Source of the DNA: Felis catus | Taxonomy: Eukaryota | Reading direction: 5' to 3' | DNA: 64,000 bases | Assembly: GCF_018350175.1 (NCBI RefSeq) | Contig: NC_058368.1 | Span: 152,956,001 to 153,020,000, forward strand | Translations under genes and position numbers: made by a program | In this document: positions 51,641-64,000 of the stretch, piece by piece | Layout: every line of letters starts with the position of its first letter | Position numbering within the stretch: position 1 is the stretch's first letter | Notes under the pieces: generated by a model | Databases searched by the model: none | What the model saw: the letters and a program-made list of their open reading frames with translations, nothing else | Told to the model about the DNA's origin: nothing

Positions 51641-52304
51641 AAAAAATAGCAGAAGAAAAAATAAGTGAATTTGAAAACAGCAATATCAGTTACTCTAAAA
51701 TGAAAAAGAAAAGAGGGAGTCAGAATAAATCAGCAGGGCACCATTGAACTGTGGGGAAAAATTTAAGTGTTTCATATATGTGTAATTGAGATGTCAGAAA
51801 GAGAGGTAAAAGTGCCTAATGGTTGGGAAAGAGCATTTTAAAAAGTAATGATTAAAATTTTCCAAATTTCTTAAAAACTGTTAACTTATGTATTCAAGAA
51901 TCGTGATGAGCGCTACACAGAAGAAGCATGAAGAAACTGTATATGAAAGCACATCATAATCAAATTGCGTAAAACTAGTATAAGGAGAAAAATCTTATAG
52001 GCAACAAAAATTAAAACAAAAAAATCCATACAGAGGAATAAACATAAGAATTACAGCAAATTTCTTGTCAGAAATAATACAAGTGAGGAGAACATAGAGC
52101 GACATGTTTAAGTACTGAAGGAGAAAATACCTGTTGAGCATCAGACTCTTAATCAGGCTCCACACTCAGCTTGAGATTCTGTCTCTCTATCTACCCACTT
52201 CCCCAACTCGCACTCAGTCTGTCTCTCTAAAATTTAACAAAATAAAAATAAAAAGATGGAAAATTAATTGGGATTGACTATATTAACAAAGTAGATTTTA
52301 AATA

Positions 52305-52488
52305 TTTTTTTAATGTTTATTTTTTGAGAGAGAGAGACAGACAGAAGCATGAACAGGGGAGGGACAGAGGTAGAGGGAGACATAGAATCTGGAGCAGGCT
52401 CCAGGCTCTGAGCTGTCAGCACAGAGCCCCATGCAGGGCTCACTCACAAACTGCGAGATCACAACCTGAGCTGAAGCCAGACGCCACA
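52305..52488 (-). mobile_element. Felid CanSINE, 5'-shortened; a partial plus-strand CanSINE lies at about 52130-52253
   Basis: TSD agtagatttta. Confidence 0.88.
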
Positions 52489-54102
52489 TAGTAGATTTTA
52501 GAGCAAAGTTATACCAGAGAAAAAAGTCATTCTATAATGATAAAGGGGTTAGTTTATTGAGAGACTATAATCACCCTAAATTTAATAACTTAATAACTAA
52601 GCTTCCAAATATACCGTGCAAAAATTTATAGAACTACAAGGAAAACTTGACAAATCCACAATTATAGTTGGGAATTTAAAGACTTCTCTTTCAATAATTG
52701 ATAGAAATTTTTTAAAAGAACAGAAAATCTGTAAATACATGGAATTTTGTTTTGTTTTTTTAGAATATAGAATATTTTAACATGTTATCATCCAACCTGA
52801 ATTAATTGAGATTTATAAAACACTGAAACCAACAGTAGTAGAATACATGTTTTTATCATGTACGCAAGGAACATAGGCTTATAAATTCAAAATGATTAAA
52901 GCCATACAGAGTATGTCCTCTGACCACAACAGAATTAAATTGGGAATCAACAGAAAGATTACTAGAATATCTTCAAATATTTGGAAACTAACTAGCACAC
53001 TTATAGATAATCCATAGGTCAGAAAATAATTCAGGAAAATTTCAAAGAATTTTGAACTGAGTGAAAATGAAAACACAATATATCAAAATTTGAGGAATCC
53101 TTAAAGCAATATAAGGAAAAAATATAATAGAACTAAATGCCTCTATTAGAAAAAGAAATAAGGTTTCAAAAATAGGACACAGAAATATAAAAACAGTTTT
53201 TAAATTAAAAATAGGAGAAAAAGAAGAAATAAATAATAAAGAACAGAACAGGAATCACTGAAATATAAAACAGTAAAACAACAGAGAAAATCAGTGAAAC
53301 CAAGAGCCATTTCTTTAAGATCAATAAAGTAACCAACCTTTAGTCAGAATGATCAAGAAAAAAAAAAGAGGAGCTCTAAATTACCATTATGAAGAAAGAG
53401 AAATGGCATCACTACAGATTCTAAATATTAAAAAGATAATAAGGGAATATTATATATCACTTTATACCAACAAATTTTCCAGGTTTGGTTAAATAGAAAA
53501 GTTACTTAAAATGACATATATTACCAAAACTCATTCAGTAAGAGCTAGGTTATCTGAATAGGTATATATCTATTAAAGAAATTGAATTCATATTTAAAAA
53601 TCTTGCCACTAAGATAACTTTAGTCTTAACATGGTTTTGATGAATTTTATCAAATATTTAAGAGAAAATACCACTTCTTTACAGATTCTTCCGGAAAATT
53701 GAAAAAGAGGAACTCTTTCCCAACTCTCTAAAACCAGCATTACCCTTATAGCACAATGAGACAAAGACTACAAACCAGTGTTCCTCATGAATATTGATGC
53801 AGACATTCTTAATATAGTTTTAGCAAATCAAAATGATAATGCATCACAAAAAGTGATAACTATCCAAGTAGTATAAAGTTGGTTTAATATTCCAGTATCA
53901 ATCAAATTAATTCATCATATTAATTAGCAAGCAAAAATGGAATAAAATGTTTTGTAATCTCAATAGAGAAATAGCATTTGCCAAAATTCAATAGCCATTC
54001 CTGATAAAAAAAAAAAACCTCCAACCAAGTAGAAATAGAGGGGAGCTTTCTCAACTTGACAATGCCATCTACAAAAAGAAATTATATTAACTAACCTCAT
54101 AG

Positions 54103-54492
54103 TTGTAATGATTTGCTAGGGCGGCCATAACAAATTACCATAGACTGGATGGCTTAAATAACAAATTTATTTTCTTACAGTTCTGAAAGCTAGAATTCCA
54201 AGATCAAGGTGTTGACAGGGTTGATTTCATATTGAGTCCTCTCTCCTTGCTGTACAGATGTCTGTCTTCTCCCTTGGTGTTCGCATGGTCTTTCTTCTGT
54301 ACATGTGCTTGCCAGTATCCAAAATTTTCTCTTATAAGGAAATCACTCATAGTGGATTACAGCCCACCTTAAAGACCTCACTTTAATTTAATTACCTCTT
54401 TATTGACTTCATTTTCAAATACAGTTTATTCTGAGTAACTAGAGGTTAGGACTTCAGTGTATGAATTTTGGGGGACACAATTCAGACCATTA
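54103..54492 (-). mobile_element. MLT1-type (MaLR) solo LTR inserted in the ancient L1
   Basis: tttgctagggcggccataacaaattaccatagactggatggcttaaataac...gaattttgggggacacaattcagaccat. Confidence 0.85.
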
Positions 54493-54573
54493 AAATAATT
54501 AATGGTGAAAACAATGTTTTCATGCTAAGAGCAAAAAGAAAACAAGGGTGTTCATTTCTGCCACCTCTTTTCA

Positions 54574-54604
<31 letters not shown>

Positions 54605-56226
54605 ACATTATATCTATATTTATATCCATTGCCAACAAGTACCATAAGGCAAGAAAAAGAAATTAAAGCCATTCTGAATAAAAAGTAAGTAAAATTCCAT
54701 TTATGCAGAGATGACATAATCCTTTATGTAGAAAATATGTTTTCTACAAAAAAGCTACCCAAACTAATAAGTATGTTCTGTAAGTTGGCGAGATGAAGAT
54801 CAATATACAAAAATCAATTGTATTTCTGTATACTAGCAGTGAATATCAGGAATTAAAATTTAGTGAAATATCAATTATGATAATAGCAAAAATATAAAAT
54901 ACTTAGGGATGAATCTCTTAAAAATTATATGAAGGACTTGTACGTGGATAATTACAAAGTACTTCTGAGAGGAACTAGAGAAGACCTAAATACATGGAAG
55001 GGTACCATGTGGTCATGAGAAGAAAGAGTCAATATTGTTAGTATGTCCATTCTCAGATTCAACCCAATTCCAATCACAACCTCAGTAGGTTTCTGTTTTT
55101 GTAAGCATCTATCTGGCTCTAAAATTTATATGGAAATGCACATGACTTGGAATGGACAATATAACTTTGACAAGGAAGAATAAATCAGAGTCTAACACTA
55201 CCTGGTTTCAAAAATTATAGCTTCAGTCATCAAGACGATGTGATATTGGTGTAAACATAGAAAAATTGATTGATGGGACAGATCAGAGAGTCCAGAAGCA
55301 GACTCCTACATAGATAGACAAAATGCAAAAGGTAATTCAGAAGTATTTATAAAAGATCAAAAAAGGTAGATTCAATCCATAATTGGGTTTCACCAATGTT
55401 AAAAACTTTTGTTCTTCCAATGACACTGTTAAGAGAATTTTTGAAAACAAGCCACAGAGTAGAAGGAAGTACTTGCACATTAAACATGTGATGAAAGACT
55501 TGTATCATGAATATAAAAAGAACTCATAAAACTCAACATTAAGAAAACAAACCAATTTTTAAAGTAGGCAAGAGAGCTGAAGAGGCATTTCTTCAAAGAA
55601 AAGACATGGATTGCAGATAGGGACATGAAAAAATGGTTAACATCATTACTGATTAGGAAAATCCAAATTTAGACCACGGTGAGGAACTATGTGTGCCCCT
55701 TAGAAAGGCTAAAAGGTTTTTTGACTCTCCCGGACAAGTTTTAGTGAGATGCTAATATATTGCTGATGAGAATGGAAATGTTACAAGCACTTTGGAAAAT
55801 AATTTATCTATTTTTAAGAATATTAAATACACACACAAGAGAATATTAAATACACACTTATCATATGATCCACCTGTTCCTTCTCTTAGATATTTATTCA
55901 AGACAAATAAAAGCACTTGTACATTCATAGAAGCTTTATTTGTAAAAAATAAAAAAAAAACTGGAAACAACCCAAATATCCATCAGTATTTGAAAGAACA
56001 CATAATTAAAACACTACTATGGAAAAAAAAAAAAAAACACTACTACGGAGGTACTACAAAGATCATGAGGAAACTTTTGGGAATGATGCATATGTTATCT
56101 TAGTTGTGGTAATGGTTTACAGGTGTATATATGTCAAAACTTGTTAAATCATACATATTTTAAACATGTGCCATTGTTTTCTGTTGACCATACTTCAATA
56201 AAGCTGTTTTAAAAAATGATATGCTC

Positions 56227-56440
56227 AGGGTGCCTGGGTGGTTCAGTTGGTTAAGCGTCCCACTTCGGCTCACATCATGATCTTGCAGTTTGTGAGTTTG
56301 AGCTCCGTGTCGGGTTCCGTGCTTACAGCTCAGAGCCTGGAGCCTGCTTTAGGCTATGTTTCCCTCTCTCTCTCTGCTTCTCCCCCACTCGTGCTCTGTC
56401 TCTCCTCAAAATAAATAAACATTAAAAAATTTTTAATAAA
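56227..56440 (+). mobile_element. Felid CanSINE inserted at the A tail of the ancient L1
   Basis: TSD aaaaaatgatatgctca / aaaaaacgatatgctca. Confidence 0.93.
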
Positions 56441-57795
56441 AAAAAACGATATGCTCAAACCCATGATAGGAGCTATAGAGGATAATGAATATTTGCTGAA
56501 TTTTCTTTTTTAAAAATTTTATTTCAAAATAATTATAAGATGAAATTATTGCCTTTAAGGAGTTGACAGTTTCCTGAGAGATTAAGGCTGATATTATGTA
56601 ACAATTGAGAGAATTGAGCTTTATAGGAAAGCCAACCCTTATGTTAATAAAATCCTATTTTAAAAATTCAGAGGAGGAAAAGTTTGCTTGTGGTTGAAAG
56701 AAAGCCATATATTCATGATAGAGTTGGCATTTCAGTCATGCCTTGAAAAATAGACATGATTTCAGCAGAGGAAGATGAGAAACAGGAATCCTAGGTAGGA
56801 GAAAGAGGAAGAATAGACTGGAAAGATGATGGAACATGTTTTGGGAATAGCAGTCAAAATAGAGCCGAATGTTTGGAAGGATCTTGTGGAAGATAAGTTG
56901 AAAAAGGGAATGGAAGGCAGATGGGACTTGTAGGCCAAACCAAGACAATCCTGTTTCCTCTTTAATTGTTTCTTTGTGTCCCACAAGCGGAACTAATCAA
57001 TCTTGAATGTGTCCCCCTGGTATTTTACTCCATACCCTGTTAAAACACCTGTCACATTTTGCATCTTTTGTATGGCTTTAGCCATAATAACTCTCCTATT
57101 AGAAAGGACGACATTTTGGCTCATTATAAATGCCGAGTAACAAGTGCTTTCCCACTTTAAAAACAAGGAAAGTCTAGGAGCTTATCATGATCTGCGTAGG
57201 CAGGTGGAATTTGAACTGATCCTGTAAAAACTGAGTAGGTGTTTTGGATAAGCTGGAGAGTAAAGAGAAGGGCAATTAATAGAGAGGAGTGAAGATGTTT
57301 ATAGTAAAGTGGGGAGAGAGGTATACTAAGGAGTACTGAGAATTGATGTTTATAGTGAAATCAGTTTTTATTATTATTATTATTTAGCCCAGCAGAAACA
57401 CATGCTCTGTATTTAAAATGAAAACTATACACAGGTACAGTAGACCTCTCATCAACCAGAAGAAGCAAAGAATTTTATAAGTTAGTAACAAAACATATCA
57501 GATACTCTCTTTGGGGACATATATTTATTTTTCTTTTCTCTTTAGTTAAGATGTATGTATGTTATATCAGTATAGAATTGAGAATAGTATTATATTTGCT
57601 ATTGGCATTATATTCTATGGCCATTATGAACCTGTGGTGGGCCATGGATTAAAAAAGATTGAGGAAGAGTGAACTAGAAGTTCAGCACTTTGAGGCAGGA
57701 CTTGAGTTTGATTTTAGCTTTATAGGCTGCAGCATGGTGTTCTGGAGAGAATGCTATATAAATGAGAACTCCAGGATTTGAATCCCACTTTGACT

Positions 57796-58000
57796 GGGGC
57801 ACCTGGGTGGCTCCATCAGTTAAGCATCAGACTTTGGCTCAGGTTATGATCTTGCGGTTCGTGAGTTTGAGCTCTGGATCGGGCTCTGTGCAGACACCTC
57901 AGAGCCTGGAGCCTGATTCTATATCTCCCTCTCTCACTCATACTCTGTCTCTGTCTCTCTCTCAAAAATTAATAATAATAATAATAATAATAAACAAACA
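57796..58000 (+). mobile_element. Felid CanSINE
   Basis: TSD ttgaatcccacttt. Confidence 0.92.
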
Positions 58001-59813
58001 TTGAATCCCACTTTAACTTTCAAACACATTTAGTTACCTCCAAAAAGTGAATTCCTGTATCAGATCCTTTTTCATCATTTATTAAGTTTGTGTAACTTAA
58101 TAATGACTTCACATCATTAATATGTGGGTTCACAAGAAAACCAGCGAAAGTATGTAGCACCTTTTGCCACCATATTCTTTATCTCGTAAAGATAGTAACA
58201 CTTTGTTGGTAGTAGGTACTTGCCTGCTTACTGAATGAATCAGTAACGTGAATGACTGAGGACCTTTGAAAAATTCTTTTTGTTTTTTATGTTATGATGT
58301 TTAATGCATCCAGAGAACTGACTGTGAAAATAACCTTTCTCCTGGTCAACTCTGTATGATTAAGTAAAGGAACAATGGTAAAAACTCCTTTCTCCTCACG
58401 TTAATGTGCCTTAAAGATGTATGTGCTAAATATGCTAGGAGATGGCATTTTATTTTACTATAACCATTTAATTTGTATTTAAGCTAAAGTTAATTTAATT
58501 TTAGATACGCCAGGTTATTTGTAATAGCTGGTTCTCCCAAGTTTTCTTACCTCATTCCTGTTGTAGCAGTGTGCACTGTGAAAGGTCAGCCTTTTCTTGC
58601 AGACTAACCTCCTTTCATACAGATGGAAGTATTTCTCATGCTTTAGAGAACATTCTGGAAGAATGTTCATAGTTTGCAAAAGTAAATTTGTGACTGGTAT
58701 TTTTAGGACTTAGAAAAGAAGAGTAAAACATAATAAAATATAGAGAAGTCCTATCTGTAGAATAGAATTCTGGGTGTTAAAACTGTATTCTGAAAGCAAA
58801 TGCAGCTTAAATAATAACCTTTACTAATTTGTTTCAAAGAAAAGAGTTTTTAAGACAATAACAATTATTCAAGTTAGCATACCATTTATAAATAGTTTCA
58901 TAGAATGCTTAAAACTAAGCATGTTCAATTACAAGTTTGGATTACACTATTGTCTTACATAAGCAAACTCTTCAGGTTGATTAGAACATAACTACCAAGT
59001 AAACCTCAACGCTATGCATATTATAGAATATGAATTAGAGAGGTTCAAACTTATTATATAGGTACACTTACAAAATCTTTGTGGAAATAGATGCCGCTTT
59101 GTAAAAAGAAGGAAAATAAGATGTTAAAATTACTCCTTTTTTTTTTTTCCTTTGGCTGAACCTCTCAGTCTGTTCTTCCAACAGCTTTTAAGGAAGTTTT
59201 GGTGCTTAGTGTTCAACGTTAGTTGAACCAAACTAACGTTAGTTTTGGTGAAAGAGTTCAGTGAATATTTGTGGAATTTAAGAAGGTTAAATTTGTGATC
59301 TATAGTGTGTGACAATTCAGAAGTTAGAAGCTAAAATCTAGGAAGATCTAAGCATGTTTTTAAAATAATTGAAAAGCTATTTGTGATATGTTCTGGAAGG
59401 GCGAATTTGTTGACTTTGTTTTTTTTTAGGGAACTCATTTGTACCAGATTGTTAGGAAATAATGAGACGTTAATTTCTAGCATCTGCTTTTTCCCCCTAA
59501 TACTGTGTGTTACAAATGCTCCCAATCCAGGGCTAAATAAACAAAAAGTTGGGTTAGGAATGCTTCTCATTTAAAAAATAATCCTGGAATCTTGGCACAG
59601 AAAGGAACTTAAGAATTTATCATTTCCATCTTCTTCCTACTACAGGTGAAGAAACTAGTCTCAGGAGGATAAACTGAGTTGTGTCTATAGCTTTAAAAAA
59701 GAAAAAGAAAAAGCCTTTTTTTTTTCTTCTATACTTGGTACAAGAAGTACTCAATAAATAATTTCCAAGAGGAAAGAGTCACTTCAGTATGGCCTAAGAT
59801 ACATATTATTGTA

Positions 59814-60028
59814 GGGGCACCTGGATGGCTCAGTCGGTTGAGCGTCTGACTTCGGCTCAGATCATGATCTCACAGTTTGTGAGTTCAGGCCCCACATCAG
59901 GCTCTGTACTGACAGCTCAGAGCTTGGAGCCTGCTTCGGATTCTGTGCCTCTCTCTCTCTCTCTGTCCCTCCCCTGCTCACACTCTGTCTCTGTCTCTCA
60001 AAAATAATTAAATTTTTAATTTTTAAAA
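59814..60028 (+). mobile_element. Felid CanSINE
   Basis: TSD aagatacatattattgta / aagatacatgttactgta. Confidence 0.93.
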
Positions 60029-60938
60029 AAGATACATGTTACTGTAAATTTACTAATGAGCATTTTGGCTTTTCTTTAGTTGACTAAGTAGGCTGGTTAT
60101 GGTTAAGTGTCACCCTGTGAAGTAAAGACATTTGAAGCATGTAGGCCCTCACCTTAGATCCTGACAAATTCACCACAGTGATGCTACCCTAGGAACACTG
60201 CTGGATAGAAATTTTCAAGGAGGTTTAATGGCCACAACCTTTGTGACAAAAGGATTAGGGAGGCACATATTTCATTTGAAAATAAAAGCAATACTTTGTC
60301 CCATTGCTCTAATTTGGTTTTGAGCACAGTATTTATTTTTTAAAAATTTCAAACAACCTCAAAGGTATTTATGTTTCCTTGTTAGAAGGTAGGTTTTGAG
60401 ATATAGGTCAGCTGTTTTTTTCCTTGCAACACCCCTTTGTCTTTTTGGCATCAGTTATTCTTTCTCTCAACAGTAATTTATTGAACATTTGTATATCCTT
60501 GGCATAGTGGTAGCTTATTAAAATATAAAACCAAAAAGGCTTGGTCACTGTCCTAAAAAGAGAGTTTATTCCTTGAGAAGTTATACTATTGTTGTTCCAA
60601 ATCTCCCCTTGCCATCTGCACTTTTCATTACAAAATTTAACACAGTAGGCATATATTGTTGAAAATACAAAACAATAGGTAGAAACCACAAGAGTGTTTT
60701 CCTTTATTTATTTATTCATTTATTTAATAAGTATTTATGGAGTACCTACTGTATGCCAGACTCTGGGCTGCGTAATTAGGATATATCAGTAACTGAAACA
60801 TTCAATGATCCTGCCTTCATAAATATTACATTCTAGTAGGTGAACAATAGTAGGTGAGATGAACAATAACCACAAAACATAGTAAGTAAACAAATTACAA
60901 AGCATGTTAGAAGATGATAAGTGTCATTAAAAAAAATA

Positions 60939-61104
60939 GGGGAGCCCAGTGACTCAGTCACTTAGGTGCTGGACTCTTGATCGCAGCTCTGGTCATGATC
61001 TTGCAGTTCATGGGTTCAAGCCCTACATTAGGCTCTGACTGAAAGTATGGAGCCTGCTTGGGATCCTCTCTCTCTCCCTCTCTCTGCCCCTCCCCTGCTT
61101 GTGT

Positions 61105-61150
<46 letters not shown>

Positions 61151-61168
61151 AAACTAAAAAAGTAAAAA
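60939..61168 (+). mobile_element. CanSINE
   Basis: Head, long (CT)n and A tail. Confidence 0.88.
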
Positions 61169-61544
61169 GGGGTAGGGGCATCACATGTGGGGGAGGGAGA
61201 AAAGAAAAGGGTATAATTTTAATTTGTGTGGTCATCTTGTCATTCTGAAGATTTCAAAGATTTCAGAGCCTTGGGGGCAGTTGAAATAAAAGTCCAAGGT
61301 TTAGAATAATCCTAGGATCTGAAATTGTAAATTTAAGTCTACTTTGTTACATAGGTCACTTCACAAAAAGAAGATGCATTTGGTGGTAAAGTCACACCCT
61401 TTGCTTTTCTTTCTTGTCCCTCCTTGTAGCTTTGATTTAAGTGAATGTCTGTATTTTCTTTTCTAATTATCTAAAATAAATGCATTTTGTGTGATTTTTG
61501 TCCATCCATAATAAGAAAAGGGTTTACTTTGAAAATTACTTTTT

Positions 61545-61780
61545 GGGGTGCCTGAGTGGCTCAGTCAGTTAAGCATCTGACTTCAGCTCAGGTCATGATC
61601 TCACAGTTCAGTTCATGAGTTCAAGCCCTGCATTGGGCTGTGTGTTGAGAGCTCCGATCCTGGAGCCTGCTTCAAATTCTGTGTCTTTCTGTCTCTCTCT
61701 CTCTCTCTCTCTCTGCCCCTCCCCCACTCACATTCTGTCTCTATCTCTCTCAAAAATAAACATTTTTAAATATTTAAAAA
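61545..61780 (+). mobile_element. Felid CanSINE
   Basis: Head, (CT)n and A tail. Flanks gaaaatta. Confidence 0.92.
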
Positions 61781-61855
61781 GAAAGAAAATTATCTCTTGA
61801 CAGAATGTAGCCTAATTTCATATAATTCATTGTTTCTTAGCAATGTAAAAATCCA

Positions 61856-62082
61856 GGGTGCATGGGTGGCTCAGTTGGTTAAACGTCTAACGTTGGCTCA
61901 AGTCATGATCTTGTGGTTCATGGGTTCGAGCCCTGCATCCAGCTCTGTGCTAACAGCTCAAAGCCTGGAGCCTGCTTAGGATTCTGTGTCTACCTCTCTC
62001 TCTGTCCCTCCCCTGCTCCTGCTCGCTCTCACTCTCTCTCAAAAATAAATAAACATTAAAAAATTAAAAAAAAAAAAAAAAG
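61856..62082 (+). mobile_element. Felid CanSINE
   Basis: TSD aatgtaaaaatcca / aatgtacaaatcca. Confidence 0.93.
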
Positions 62083-62099
62083 AAATGTACAAATCCATA

Positions 62100-62285
62100 A
62101 AAGGCACAGCGTGAGGAACACAGTCACCGAGATTGTAATAGCAAAGTAACAGGACAGGTACTTTGGTATTACAATAGCTACACTTAATGAACACAGCTAT
62201 AAATGTATAAACTTGTCAGATCAGGTTGTACACCTGAATCTAATGTAACATTATGTCAACTATATTCAAATAAATAAATAAATGC
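62100..62285 (+). mobile_element. L1 3' UTR fragment about 190 bp upstream of the exon
   Basis: ...gttgtacacctgaatctaatgtaacattatgtcaactatattcaaataaataaataaa. Confidence 0.75.
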
Positions 62286-62469
62286 AATATAAAACTCTAT
62301 GTATTTGCCATTTTTAGAATGACTGTTCATTATCTCAGTTTGAGCAACACATTAACTTATTTTCCCTTTGAGTCATTGAATCCTAGATTCTGATAAGAAC
62401 AGTTTGTTTTCTTAATATCCTTGATCACTTTTAGCATGGTTTCAAAATACAGGTGTTTGTTTCTTACAG

Positions 62470-62586
62470 ATTGTGTTCTTGGCTTCTGCATATGCAAGTA
62501 CCCAACTCACAGATGAGAGCTGTTCGGCCATGGCTGCTGTCACACATTACCTGTATCTTTGCCAGTTCAGCTGGATGCTCATTCAG
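62470..62586 (+). CDS. ADGRV1: Internal coding exon (117 nt, phase 0/0) of adhesion GPCR V1 (VLGR1/GPR98), covering the end of TM2, ECL1 and TM3; probably exon 84 in human numbering (from memory)
   Basis: Acceptor tttgtttcttacag|ATT and donor CAG|gttggt. Translates without stops to [39 protein letters not shown], matching the recalled human ADGRV1 [39 protein letters not shown]. Carries the adhesion/secretin GPCR TM3 pattern C..HY..L..F.WM. Confidence 0.96.
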
Positions 62587-64000
62587 GTTGGTACCTCATT
62601 TCCTTCTCCACCCCCTTCAGCGTTGCAGTGAATCTGCATGGAATGTTCTTCCTATCTGCTATTCTTTATACTGAAGTGGAAGTAATTCCATATATCTATC
62701 ACTGCATTCCTAGGAGATCATTGGAAAGAAAACCTTGTAAGCTGTACAACATCAGAAAGTTTAGCGAATTGGGGAAATGGGAAAAAACATAGTAGGGGTA
62801 GAAATAAGGAAGTGGTAGGAGATGAGGCTTGTGATGTGGACCCTGTAAAGCACAGTAAGAAATGTGAACTTTTTTCTAGGGGAGGTCATAGAATGAAACA
62901 AGTGACGTGACAACGTTTGTATTTTAGGAAGATTTTCCTGTTTGTAGTGAATTGGTGACAGAAGGGTTGACATGGGAGCTAATTAAGTTTACATTAGCTG
63001 CATCCAGGTAAGAGAACGTGGCAGTGTGAACCTGAGAGTAGCAGAAGAAGCTTTTGAGATTTCTTTCTTTTTTTTTTTAAACTATAATAATAGAATGTAT
63101 AGATGGTTAAGAAGAATGCAGAAGGTGGAACCAAGGATGATTCCCAAGTTTCTGCATGAGTAGATGGGTGGATGGGGGTGCCTTGAACTGAAATAATGAC
63201 CACTGGAAATTACAGGAAGGATGATGACACTTTTAGGACATGCTGAGTGTGAAGTTTCTCCAGTGTAAGACCTCCAGTGGGGACTTTGGGAGAAGTGGGA
63301 TACACAGTACTAAATCTCAGAACAGAGGCCCATGCCATATAAATACTTAAGAAAATTGTTGACTTACAGTTGGAAAATGAGTGCATTGCTTTAGAAGAGA
63401 TCGCTTTGGGAGAAAGTACAGAGTAAGACCTGAACAGTCCTAGTATACACCTGAGGAACTAGTAAACGTTGCAGAGAGACGTGAACTCTTCCTTTTCTGC
63501 CTAAAATCCCAAGTTCTCTTCATTGTCCTATGCAGATTTGCTTGATAAAGAGAAAAATATGAAAGCTGGATCCACTTAAGTAGTGTTAATGTCATTAAAT
63601 GGCTCAACTAAATGAAATGTTGCCTTTGATAATGCTTTGATATTGTTAAATCTTTCATACAATACAAAGTTTTGTTTGTGTTTTTGAATATGCATGTGAA
63701 CTATTTCATGCAAACAGATGCATTCAGTGCTTGCATATTCTTTTTTCTTGTTGAATAAAAGGATGTGGGGTTTTCACTACACAGCAATAATGAAAGAATA
63801 TGAGAGTACCATACAAACTCATGGAAGGGATATTTTGCAAGGTATGATATTATAGTTGTTGGGAGAACTGAACTGAATTATTTAGTTAATAGAACTAATT
63901 GCAATAATTAAAGCCCTGAATCTGGGTTTGAATTCTGATTTTGCCACTATCTTTGTAACTTCAATCAAGTTTTTGGCCTTTTCCAAGTTTTGTTTCTAAA

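Larger units (their letters stand above)
50310..56217 (+). mobile_element. Long ancient L1 (L1M-type; 5' region, ORF1 and ORF2 remnants, 3' end) interrupted by CanSINEs and an MLT1 LTR
   Basis: A-rich degenerate ORF1/ORF2 sequence (e.g. aaaccagcattaccctta, caaaaatcaattgtatttctgtatactagca). 3' end ...tacttcaataaagctgttttaaaaaa. Confidence 0.85.
1..62469 (+). other. ADGRV1: 3' part of a very large ADGRV1 intron upstream of the TM3 exon
   Basis: No other ADGRV1-like exon found (e.g. the preceding ...AAKLLTHMMAASLGTQ exon). Repeat-dense and AT-rich. Consistent with the very long intron recalled at this position in human. Confidence 0.8.

Noticed and set aside
62441..62469. Alternative acceptor AG at 62451-62452
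   Set aside because: Poor pyrimidine tract, and it would add 17 nt and shift frame. The AG at 62468-62469 fits the protein.
41..63203. ORFs of 60-158 aa in the supplied six-frame track
   Set aside because: They overlap SINEs, L1, LTRs or microsatellites, or are low-complexity chance ORFs. None resembles an intact protein. The only genuine host coding sequence is the spliced exon, in a frame not listed.

Overview
Mammalian genomic DNA, very probably from a cat (Felidae), judged by more than 30 feliform-type CanSINEs (SINEC_Fc-like) and an L1_Fc-like 3' end. The window is almost entirely one large intron of ADGRV1 (VLGR1/GPR98/USH2C, + strand). The only coding exon I found is 117 nt at 62470-62586, encoding part of the 7TM domain ([39 protein letters not shown]). 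The rest is repeat-rich intron: CanSINEs, L1s of several ages, L2, MIR, MLT1 LTRs, MER5-like DNA transposons and microsatellites. Two structures stand out. (1) A 4.3-kb antisense endogenous retrovirus (44236-48530) has two 310-bp LTRs, a tRNA-Glu primer-binding site, HERV-E-like gag and integrase remnants, a MER4-group-like non-coding core and no env. (2) A 5'-truncated L1 appears to carry a 3' transduction of about 380 bp, bounded by a 13-bp target-site duplication and splitting an older L2 (36564-37934). The ORFs in the supplied track are essentially all spurious or repeat-derived. I see no evidence of a novel multi-gene system. Repeat family names come from pattern recognition, not database searches, and boundaries of old repeats are approximate.
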